A stretch of DNA of 64,000 nt from an uncultured Actinomycetes bacterium (GCA_963725665.1 CAVRZA010000002.1:64001-128000), one strand, 5' to 3'. Positions 1-7,850 are shown, counted from the stretch's first letter. Numbers and translations are program-made. The notes: generated by a model from the letters alone, not told the origin.

Positions 1-1
1 G

Positions 2-34
2 ACGACGCGCAAGGCCCTCTCGCGCGTCTCGTAA
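2..34 (+). CDS. 3' end of an upstream gene (TTRKALSRVS*), product unknown
   Basis: Frame-2 codons all end in G/C up to TAA at 32-34; too short to identify. Confidence 0.35.
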   Translation, partial: TTRKALSRVS

Positions 35-148
35 GGCTCGCTCCAAGGCTATCACCTGGAGTCCGCGCTCGTCAGTCGGCACCGGGATCGACCGCTGCTC
101 GCCGGGGTCTGGCGCGGCCGACCCGCGGGCGGCCTGAAGTGGGAGACA

Positions 149-186
149 GCTGCGGGCGGCAGGCCGTTCGGCCTGCCGCCCGCAGC
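149..186. terminator. 17-bp perfect GC-rich hairpin just past the MFS stop codon
   Basis: GCTGCGGGCGGCAGGCC-GTTC-GGCCTGCCGCCCGCAGC; no U-tract (actinobacterial I-shaped type). Confidence 0.7.
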
Positions 187-191
187 CGCGC

Positions 192-1424
192 TCAGATCTC
201 GCGCACCCGCGCCGTTGCGAGCCCGATGAGGCCGGGCAGGCCGACGATGAGCCCAGCGACGACGAACAGGCCTTGCACGCTGTAGATGCCGGCGAGCGCG
301 CCGCCGACGAGGATCGAGAGGGCGTAGAAGCCCTGCGTGAGAGCGAAGCGGACACCCCAGACGCGGCCGCGCAGGTGCTCGGGCACCGTCTCCTGGAAGA
401 ACGTGTCGATCGAGATAAGCGCGGCCGCGTTGGCCACTCCCAGCGCGAGGAACGCGACCAGGATCGTCGTCAGGTTGTGAAGCAAGCCCACGAAGACGAG
501 CGAAGCGCCCATGACGCCCAGGCCGACCGTCATGGCGTAGCCCTTGCGGACGCGTGACCCCAGGCCGGCGAGCAGGGCGGATCCGCCGAGGTACCCGACT
601 CCGATGGCGGCCTCCATGAGGCCGAAGGCCTTGGTGCCCTGCCCCAAGACGTCCACGGCGAGCAGGAACGTGAGCGGGTAGGCGGCGCCGAGCCCGAGCA
701 CGGCCGCGACGACCAGCACGGTGTTCGCCGCGAGCTGGCTGTGACCGAACAGGAATCGGATGCCCTCCATGATCTCGGCGCCCACGTGGCGAGCATGGCG
801 AAGGGCGGCCTCGCGCACCGGGGGCACGTAGACCATAAGCGCGAGGGCCGCGGCTGAGACGAGGAAGGTGCCGCTGTCGGCCGCGAAGGCGATCCGTGTC
901 GAGAAGTAGTAGGCGACGAGACCGGCCACCGAATAGCCGATGATCTCGCTCAGGTTCTCGCCCATCGTCAGCAGCGAGTTGGCGCGCACGAGCTGCCGTC
1001 GCTGCACGATGTCGGGCAGGAGAGAGAGCTTACAGGGATCAAAGAAGACGGCGACGCTCGCCATGGCGAAGCTGATGGCGAACACGAAGGGCAGCCCCGG
1101 ATGCGCGACAAGGGCCACGGTCAGGACAAGCCCTGCGCGCACCAGATCGGCGACGATCATCAGGCGGCGCTTGTTGAAGCGATCGATGACAACGCCGGCG
1201 AACGGCCCAAACAGGACATACGGCAGCGTGTACAGCGCCAGGACCACGCCTGTGGAGAAGGCCGAGCCGGTCTTCTGGTAGACGAGCCAAGGGAAGGCGA
1301 CCATGGCGAGCCGGTCGCCGAGCTGCGAGACGACCTGACCCGTCCAGAGCAGCAGGAAGTTGCGGTTGGCGGAAAGCCTCTGGGTCGGGAGTGCCGCGAT
1401 GGTGTCCGACGTCGCCACGCGCAA
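192..1424 (-). CDS. MFS transporter (DHA3/macrolide-efflux-like)
   Basis: NRNFLLLWTGQVVSQLGD start, GVVIDRFNKRRLM motif A, VPEHLRGRV C-terminal motif, ~12 TM; exact start uncertain. Confidence 0.9.
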   Translation of the reverse strand: MRVATSDTIAALPTQRLSANRNFLLLWTGQVVSQLGDRLAMVAFPWLVYQKTGSAFSTGVVLALYTLPYVLFGPFAGVVIDRFNKRRLMIVADLVRAGLVLTVALVAHPGLPFVFAISFAMASVAVFFDPCKLSLLPDIVQRRQLVRANSLLTMGENLSEIIGYSVAGLVAYYFSTRIAFAADSGTFLVSAAALALMVYVPPVREAALRHARHVGAEIMEGIRFLFGHSQLAANTVLVVAAVLGLGAAYPLTFLLAVDVLGQGTKAFGLMEAAIGVGYLGGSALLAGLGSRVRKGYAMTVGLGVMGASLVFVGLLHNLTTILVAFLALGVANAAALISIDTFFQETVPEHLRGRVWGVRFALTQGFYALSILVGGALAGIYSVQGLFVVAGLIVGLPGLIGLATARVREI

Positions 1425-1595
1425 GTTGTACCGGTTCGACTCTCGGTTGACAAACGCGAGCCCCAGTTTGCAGGGAGAGTGTTGTCAGCGCGCCAGAAGT
1501 GTTGTCAATGTTGGCGATAGGGAGGGTTGACATTCATCGTATTGGCCAGTAGCGGATTCGTGGCCGGCGTAGTCACGGCTGGATACGATGCTCCC

Positions 1596-1617
1596 ACGCT
1601 GATCGTTGTATCAGCGT
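1596..1617. promoter_or_regulatory. Palindrome upstream of the small-peptide ORFs (operator or short hairpin)
   Basis: ACGCTGAT-N6-ATCAGCGT, just downstream of a candidate -10 TACGAT (1584-1589). Confidence 0.4.
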
Positions 1618-1649
1618 TTGGTGCTCACACTGCAACGGAGGGGCCACTC

Positions 1650-1679
1650 ATGCGTCGTGAGAACGTCAGACTGCACTAG
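1650..1679 (+). CDS. 9-aa small ORF MRRENVRLH (putative signal or leader peptide)
   Basis: Strong SD GGAGGGG at 1637-1643, 6 nt before ATG; shares its C-terminal RLH with the next ORF. Confidence 0.55.
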   Translation: MRRENVRLH

Positions 1680-1700
1680 CTTCGCCGCAGGCAACGAACT

Positions 1701-1778
1701 ATGAGGAAGATCGAGACAGTACTGGCGTCAATCCTCATGGCGCTAGTGTCTTCGGGGGGGAGCGCCAGGCTCCACTGA
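1701..1778 (+). CDS. 25-aa small ORF MRKIETVLASILMALVSSGGSARLH (putative exported signalling-peptide precursor)
   Basis: Basic N-terminus, hydrophobic core, small-residue linker, polar tail; directly upstream of the membrane HD-GYP gene; weak SD. Confidence 0.65.
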   Translation: MRKIETVLASILMALVSSGGSARLH

Positions 1779-1789
1779 TTTCCCAGCCT

Positions 1790-1816
1790 TAAGAGTCGCA
1801 GGTATCATGCCGATAG
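1790..1816 (+). promoter_or_regulatory. sigma28 (FliA/WhiG)-type promoter of the HD-GYP gene
   Basis: TAAG-N15-GCCGATAG versus consensus TAAA-N15-GCCGATAA, 19 nt before the GTG. Confidence 0.65.
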
Positions 1817-1835
1817 GCTTACTATCTGCGGCGGG

Positions 1836-3272
1836 GTGATTTTGGCTGGGCAAAACCGATTGTTCACCGCGTACGCCGGCGCGATGCTCACGGCATCAAT
1901 CGTCGGCTTCCTTGTCGCATCTTGGCATGCGCACCTGCTTGACTTGCCCCTATCGGGCTTCGCCACCGTTGGGCTGTTCACTCTCCTCGCGATAATCGCA
2001 GAAGAGCTCTCCGTTGTTGTTTCTGACCGCGTTACGATCACGGCTAGCAACCTCCCCCTTCTGCTCGGAATCATGTTTCTCGGCACCCCGCGCGCTGTTC
2101 TCACGGCGGCTCTCGTCGGGCTGTGGGGGAGTTGGCGCGAGGAGTCCGCTCCACTGGCCGTGTTCAATGTGTCCAACTTCATGCTCACCACGTTGCTCGC
2201 GTCGCTGGCGTTCGAGGGGCTCCGTTCAACAACGGGGTTCAGCCTATCCGAGGTCTCGGTCGAGCTGCTTCTTGCGGGCGCTGTCGCTGGGCTCATCTAT
2301 CAGGTTGGTGCTCTTGCTTTTCTCAGCGTGGGAGCTCGGCTCAGATATGGCCGATCGCTGCGCCGGTTCTGGCGAAGCGAACTCGCCCCGCTAGGCCAGT
2401 CTCTTGCCATCCTCACGGGCCTCGGGTTGGCCGTCGCAGCGGTCTACGCGCAAGCGGGGGTGATCGCCGTTGCTCTGCTCTTCATCCCCCTCTTTGCCGC
2501 CCAGTACATGTTCAAACTGCTCGTGGAGCAGAGGCGTCTCCTGGCCGAACAGAGGCAGCTGTCCGACCAGTACCTCGAGATGAACATCGGGCTCGCTGCG
2601 GCGATGGTGGTGCTCCTCGACAGCAAGGATGAGTACACCGCCAGTCACTCGGCAGCAGTCGCCATGTACTGCAGGGACATGGCCCTGTCCATGGGGATGT
2701 CCGAGGACGAGGCTGAAGCCCTGCACCTGGCCGGTCTGCTGCACGATCTCGGAAAGGTCGGGACGCCGGACGCCATCCTCAGGAAGGACGGCAAGCTCGA
2801 CCCCGACGAATGGGCGTTCATCCACGAGCATCCGGCCAAGGGTGCCGAGGTGCTCTCTCACCTTGCCGCCTACAAGGACGTAGCCGACATCGTGCGCTAT
2901 CACCACGAACGTCTCGACGGCAGTGGCTACCCCTACGGGATCCGCGATGGGCAGATCCCCGAGCTCAGCAAGATGCTGGCGGTCGCGGACGCCTACCACG
3001 CCATGACCTCGGACAGGCCCTACCGGCCGGCGCGGAGCTCGTTTGACGCGCTGAAGGAGTTGCGGCGCATGTCCGGTGTGAGCCTGGACGGCAAATACGT
3101 CGAGCTCCTGGCCTCCATTTTGCGGGACAAGGATCTCGCCTACCGGGAGGGCACCTCGACCGACTTCATGGGCGAGTACGAGCGCGGGCGGATCAACCTC
3201 CGCCTCAGGGCGGACGCGATCGCTCAGATCAGCGAGACGATGCGGGCACGCCGAGACCCAGCCGTAGGCTGA
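1836..3272 (+). CDS. Membrane-anchored HD-GYP cyclic-dinucleotide phosphodiesterase
   Basis: ~7-8 TM N-terminal region, coiled-coil linker, LLHDLGK, HHERLDGSGYP, VADAYHAMTSDRPY motifs intact. Confidence 0.92.
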   Translation: MILAGQNRLFTAYAGAMLTASIVGFLVASWHAHLLDLPLSGFATVGLFTLLAIIAEELSVVVSDRVTITASNLPLLLGIMFLGTPRAVLTAALVGLWGSWREESAPLAVFNVSNFMLTTLLASLAFEGLRSTTGFSLSEVSVELLLAGAVAGLIYQVGALAFLSVGARLRYGRSLRRFWRSELAPLGQSLAILTGLGLAVAAVYAQAGVIAVALLFIPLFAAQYMFKLLVEQRRLLAEQRQLSDQYLEMNIGLAAAMVVLLDSKDEYTASHSAAVAMYCRDMALSMGMSEDEAEALHLAGLLHDLGKVGTPDAILRKDGKLDPDEWAFIHEHPAKGAEVLSHLAAYKDVADIVRYHHERLDGSGYPYGIRDGQIPELSKMLAVADAYHAMTSDRPYRPARSSFDALKELRRMSGVSLDGKYVELLASILRDKDLAYREGTSTDFMGEYERGRINLRLRADAIAQISETMRARRDPAVG

Positions 3273-3783
3273 CCAGAGCAGAGGCGACGAAGCTCGCAGC
3301 CAACGCCTTCACCAGATCCACGGGCACGAAGGGGACCACCCCTTCGAGGAGAACGGTGCGCACGTCTCCAATGTGAAGCTGCCACGCCAGCCACGTCGCG
3401 CCGAGGGCGTAGATGGGCACGAGTGCGACCACGGTGGCGAGTAGCAGACGCAGACGAGTCCCTCCACGCCCCGCCAGCCATCCGGCAAGGGCAGCAGCCG
3501 CGACGAAGCCGAACAGATAGCCCCCCGTAGGCCCGAGGAGCACGCCGAGGCCGGAAGTCGCCTGCGCGTACACCGGAGCCACAAGACCCAGCAGCAAGTA
3601 CAGCGCAACGGCAAGAGCCCCGAGGCGGGGGCCGAGAACGACGCCCGCGAGCAGCACGAAGAACACCTGCAGCGTGAACGGGACGGGGCCCCAGAACGGC
3701 AGCGCAAAGAGGCCGCCGACCGCGACGAGCGCGGCGAAGAGGGCGGCCATGACGAGAGCGCGTGTCGAACCTGAAGCAGGCAA
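3229..3783 (-). CDS. bioY: Biotin transporter BioY (ECF S-component)
   Basis: PVPFTLQ and GPTGGYLFGF motifs; adjacent to birA; start may be ATG 3750. Confidence 0.93.
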   Translation of the reverse strand: MPASGSTRALVMAALFAALVAVGGLFALPFWGPVPFTLQVFFVLLAGVVLGPRLGALAVALYLLLGLVAPVYAQATSGLGVLLGPTGGYLFGFVAAAALAGWLAGRGGTRLRLLLATVVALVPIYALGATWLAWQLHIGDVRTVLLEGVVPFVPVDLVKALAASFVASALVSLRLGLGVPASSR

Positions 3784-3819
3784 TTGTCAACGCGGCCTGT
3801 GGCAGACCGCGTTGACAAT
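3783..3819. promoter_or_regulatory. BirA-type operator palindrome upstream of bioY
   Basis: ATTGTCAACGCGG-N11-CCGCGTTGACAAT; TGTCAAC/GTTGACA half-sites; overlaps the bioY -10. Confidence 0.7.
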
Positions 3820-3845
3820 GTAAGAGGAGACACGCCCTCAGTCAA
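3817..3845 (-). promoter_or_regulatory. sigma70-type promoter of bioY
   Basis: Minus strand TTGACT-N17-TACATT. Confidence 0.6.
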
Positions 3846-3850
3846 CGACC

Positions 3851-4867
3851 CTAGTGGAGGGTGACCTCCCCCGCGTGGAATCGACGAATATGCCGGTGCG
3901 GAAGCTCCACCAGCAAAGCGCCGCGGTCGTCGATGCCGGCGGCCTCACCGATGACGGGCCCCTCGCGCGTGAGGACGCTCACGCTGCGATGCAACAGATA
4001 GTCACGTGCACGGAAGCCTCGCAGGGGCTTCTCGAAGCCGTTGGCCGCCGCATCTAGGTAGCATTTCTCCAGGGCGAGCAGGATGCGCGCGAGAAGGACG
4101 CTCCTATCCACAGGCCTCCCCGTCGCGGTCTTCAAGGAGGTAGCCGAGCGGCGGAGGGTGACGGGGAGCTCGGCGTACTCCGTGTTCACGTTGATGCCGA
4201 CGCCCACAACGACCCAGTTGACCTCGTCGAACTCGCCCGACACCTCGAGCAGGATCCCCCCGACCTTGCGGTCGTTCACTATGAGGTCGTTGGGCCACTT
4301 GACCTGGACGGGGGTCTTTGTCTGCCCCTCGATGCCCTCGGCCGTGGCGGTCGCGGCGACGAGAGTGAGGAGATGGGCCTCTGTCATCGGCAGCCGCGGC
4401 CGCAGGACGACCGAGAAGAGCAATCCCTTGCCGGCCGGCGATGTCCACTGACGGCCCAGTCGACCACGACCGGCCGACTGGTGCTCGGCGATCACCACGG
4501 TGCCTTCCGGAGCACCGCCGCTTGCCAGCCTCTTGGCCTCGCTGTTTGTCGACTCGATCTCGTCGTAGTACCTGAAAGAATGCCCGAACAACGTGTTCTG
4601 CATGAGTTTGGCGACGACCGGCATGACCAGCCGGCAGGGCTCCTCCTCGAGTCTGTAGCCGCGCCTCGACACACCAAGGATCCGGTAGCCGCGGCGCCGC
4701 AGCGAGTTGATGTGCTTGTGTACTGCGTTCCGGGAGATGCCGAGGCTGCCGCTTATCGCTTGGCCGGAGACAAAGCCGGGACTGTCACGAAGAATGTCGA
4801 TCACTGTCTTCTTGCGATGGCTCATCGTTCCCGATTCGACGTGTACCACTGACGCTGACGACTCCAT
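3851..4867 (-). CDS. birA: Bifunctional biotin-protein ligase/repressor (group II, N-terminal HTH)
   Basis: VSGQAISGSLGISRNAVHKHI HTH, QSAGRGRLGRQW, KWPND, KVGGIL; SD GAGGAGG before ATG 4867. Confidence 0.95.
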   Translation of the reverse strand: MESSASVVHVESGTMSHRKKTVIDILRDSPGFVSGQAISGSLGISRNAVHKHINSLRRRGYRILGVSRRGYRLEEEPCRLVMPVVAKLMQNTLFGHSFRYYDEIESTNSEAKRLASGGAPEGTVVIAEHQSAGRGRLGRQWTSPAGKGLLFSVVLRPRLPMTEAHLLTLVAATATAEGIEGQTKTPVQVKWPNDLIVNDRKVGGILLEVSGEFDEVNWVVVGVGINVNTEYAELPVTLRRSATSLKTATGRPVDRSVLLARILLALEKCYLDAAANGFEKPLRGFRARDYLLHRSVSVLTREGPVIGEAAGIDDRGALLVELPHRHIRRFHAGEVTLH

Positions 4868-4922
4868 CTCTCCTCCTCGCTCGCAATTGAGGCCATGGTA
4901 GGAAGATGGAGATCGACCGTAA

Positions 4923-7850
4923 TCAAACCTCGGTTGTATCTGCGGTGGCCTGCGGTTGTGGAGTCTGGCGCGGTTCGTCCCGACAGTCGTTCCGCGCCTC
5001 GCTCGCGGATTCCCTATACAGCAGCACAGCATGAACCCTGTCCGTGACGCCCACCTTGCCGAAGATACGATTGACGTGCGTCTTGACAGTTCCCGGAGCT
5101 AGGAAGAGCCTCTTGGCAATCTCGTCGTTGCGCATTCCCTCTGCCATCATCGACAGAATCTCACGCTCCCTCTTCGTCAGCTGGGTCAAGAACCCAGCAG
5201 GGGAATTCGCACGATCTGACTTCGACGCCATTTGTCCTGCTAGACGTCGTACGGAGGCAAAGCGACTTCTTGTCGCCTTGTGCAGAAGCACGTCCAAAGA
5301 CTGCGTTGGCATCCTGCTCCCGGCACTCTCCAGTGCAGCTGACGCGACCTCTGGGTTCACTGCGAGCGCTTTCATCATGAGTGGCAGCCCGTTGGGATGG
5401 ATTGCCACTGTGTCAAGAAGCGACCGACCCACTGAGTGGGGCAGCTTCTGGAGCAAATCGAGACAGAGGACGGGCTCGCCGCAAAGCTCCTGGCTCAGGA
5501 AGTGAACGTGGCCTCGTTCGAGTTGGCTCTCAACCACTTCTTCGAGCGATTGGATAGCCGCTTCTCGGTTTCCTCGACGCCAACTCAAAACCCCTGTGAA
5601 GAAGTCGCATTTCAGCTGTACGAATTCAAGGTTGCTTGCGCGACTCCGTGCCGCGACTGCGTGAAGATCGCGGAAGGGACGATTCGAATCCCCTTGGAGT
5701 CCACGAGTGAAATGGAGATTCGCGAGGCAAGTGAAGTGGGGATACGGAAAGCGTTCCGACACCAATTCGGATCCCCGCTTGTAGCAGGCGTGTGCTTCGT
5801 CGAGATTACCGGTGCGGCGGCAAGCCGTGCCCATGTGGGAGAGGGTTAGAGCGCGAACTAGACCGTCGTCCGCTGCTTGTGGGGCCTCGGACGCTGTCTT
5901 GACCAGCTGGTAGCCACTTTCGAAATCACCCCTACTGACCAGAACCTGGCCCAGAGAATCCAGCGTCATGTGCTCCAGATGGTGGAAGCCGCACCGAGTC
6001 AAGAGCCCAAGAGACTCGCGGATCAACTCCTCCGCCTCGCGATAGCGACCCAAATGCATCTCCATGTTGCCGAGCACGTTGAGGAATGACGCTTCCAAGA
6101 TGCGAGGGCCGTGTTCACGCAGTCGAGTAAGTGCGGAGCGTCCCTCCTCCGCGGCGCGCAGGAAGTAGCCCCGGAAGTAGTCGCAGTACGCTCGCATGCA
6201 GGCTATTCGAAGCTCTTCAGGTGCGGTCGCGTCTACCAGGGCTTCCTCCGCTTGTGACCACAGTGATTCGCACTCCGCCCACTGCGCCTCGAGCATAAGA
6301 GCTGCACCGAGGCTAATGAGGGAGTGAGCTTTCTTGGTCCCATCCGGTGCGTACTTGATGGCCCGGCGACACTCAGCGGCGGCGGCTACAGTGTCGCCTT
6401 TCCAGAACAGAGCTGATTCAATCGCAGACGCGGCGTGGTATCGGCCCCACCTGTCCCTCCTTTGGGCGAAGGAGGCTTCTGCTGAGCGGAAGATGGCGAT
6501 GGCTTCGTCGAACCTCCCGTCGCGCAGGTCGATCTGGCCGGCGAGAAGCAGTGCCCAGACGCTCCCTCGCCTCATGTCATTGGGCAGTCGAGCAAGCCAC
6601 GATCGCATGCTGTCGAGGGTCGAGTTCTCGAGGGCTAGCTCACCCGCCTTGGCAAGACAATCGAGGGCGAGCGTCGGCTCATTTGCGGACAAGTAGATCT
6701 CGACGGCGACTCCAGTGTCGCCCGCTCGTTCCATGACGCTGGCGGTCTTCAGCTGCAGGTCGTGGAACTCGCGCGCGCCGTCCTCTTGGGCGCACTTCTG
6801 GCGCAAGTAGTCGCGAAAGAGAGGATGGTAGCGGTAGGTGAGGCGCGCGGCATCCGCGAAGGTGAAGACCTGGTTCTTCTCGAGGTAGTCGAGGATGCGC
6901 TCGGCGTGGTCGCCCCCTGTGATCTCGTTGGCGAGGGCTGCCGTCACGTAGTCGAGACAGCTTGTGCGTTTCAGGAAGCCCCGCGTCTCATCACTTTCTC
7001 GCTGATAGACCTGTTCTGCGAGATACGAGAAGACGTCGCTCTTCAGTCGCGGATCTCCCAGCGCCACCTCGATGGCGGGCAGTCCGTCCCACTGCAGGGC
7101 TTTGCAGGCGAGCACCACGCTGGCTGGCCAGCCCTCCGTGAGCTCCTCGAGACGTGTCGCAGCAGCCACAGGTATCTCGACGTCTGCGCGCAACTTGAAC
7201 ACCGTCCTGATCTGTCCGGCATCGAGCCGCAGGTCTTCGTAGCGGAGCTCGGCGATGTCGTCGTCTAGCCGCAGTTTCGCGGTCGAGAACGAAGGCTCGA
7301 ACCGCGTGAGAAGGACAACGTGAACGTGGCCAGGCAGGTTGGCGAGTAGGAAATCGAGGGCTTTGTTGAGTTCACGTGAGGCCGAGGCTTCGTGGTAGTC
7401 ATCGAGGACGAGGTGAAGCGTCAGCTTCACCTCGTCCTCGAGCTCGTGGACGAACAAGGCAAGCAGTTCAGGGACGGTGATCGGCACCTCGCGCGAGTTG
7501 GAGAGGCGTTCGATGACCACCTCGCCGAAGCTTGCGACCTGTCGGCGAATCGCTTCAGTGAGCGAGGCCACTAGTACGATCGGGTCGTGATCGAGGACGT
7601 CGAGCTTGTACCAGGCCGTCGTCCAATGGAGTCGCCCGGCGGCTTCAGCGATCAGCGTACTCTTGCCGTAGCCCGCGGGCGCCGAGACGAGCAGCAACCT
7701 CCGCTGTGCTCCCTCGGCGACCTTCTCGAGTAGGCCGGCTTTGATGCTTGCCTGGCCGACGGAGGGCGGTGAGAGCTTGGAGGCGACAAGCGTGGGGCTG
7801 CCGGAGGCCGGCGAAGCGGGGGGACGCGCAGCATCTCGGGTGCCGGGCAT
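4923..7850 (-). CDS. MalT-like STAND ATPase / TPR-like repeat / LuxR-HTH transcriptional regulator
   Basis: APAGYGKST Walker A, LVLDDYH Walker B, TEGWPA, YRYHPLFRDYL, helical repeats, LTKREREIL...TVKTHVNRIFGKVGV. Confidence 0.92.
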   Translation of the reverse strand: MPGTRDAARPPASPASGSPTLVASKLSPPSVGQASIKAGLLEKVAEGAQRRLLLVSAPAGYGKSTLIAEAAGRLHWTTAWYKLDVLDHDPIVLVASLTEAIRRQVASFGEVVIERLSNSREVPITVPELLALFVHELEDEVKLTLHLVLDDYHEASASRELNKALDFLLANLPGHVHVVLLTRFEPSFSTAKLRLDDDIAELRYEDLRLDAGQIRTVFKLRADVEIPVAAATRLEELTEGWPASVVLACKALQWDGLPAIEVALGDPRLKSDVFSYLAEQVYQRESDETRGFLKRTSCLDYVTAALANEITGGDHAERILDYLEKNQVFTFADAARLTYRYHPLFRDYLRQKCAQEDGAREFHDLQLKTASVMERAGDTGVAVEIYLSANEPTLALDCLAKAGELALENSTLDSMRSWLARLPNDMRRGSVWALLLAGQIDLRDGRFDEAIAIFRSAEASFAQRRDRWGRYHAASAIESALFWKGDTVAAAAECRRAIKYAPDGTKKAHSLISLGAALMLEAQWAECESLWSQAEEALVDATAPEELRIACMRAYCDYFRGYFLRAAEEGRSALTRLREHGPRILEASFLNVLGNMEMHLGRYREAEELIRESLGLLTRCGFHHLEHMTLDSLGQVLVSRGDFESGYQLVKTASEAPQAADDGLVRALTLSHMGTACRRTGNLDEAHACYKRGSELVSERFPYPHFTCLANLHFTRGLQGDSNRPFRDLHAVAARSRASNLEFVQLKCDFFTGVLSWRRGNREAAIQSLEEVVESQLERGHVHFLSQELCGEPVLCLDLLQKLPHSVGRSLLDTVAIHPNGLPLMMKALAVNPEVASAALESAGSRMPTQSLDVLLHKATRSRFASVRRLAGQMASKSDRANSPAGFLTQLTKREREILSMMAEGMRNDEIAKRLFLAPGTVKTHVNRIFGKVGVTDRVHAVLLYRESASEARNDCRDEPRQTPQPQATADTTEV

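Noticed and set aside
1677-1679. Pyrrolysine recoding of the in-frame TAG between the two peptide ORFs
   Set aside because: No pyl genes in the window, and TAG is used as an ordinary stop by many genes here
4868-5032. N-terminal extension of BirA overlapping the MalT-like gene (and over-extended starts for rplA, rplJ, fusA, rplR, ecfA1/A2/T and ferredoxin)
   Set aside because: ORF-track artefacts; downstream starts have proper SD sites and family-typical lengths
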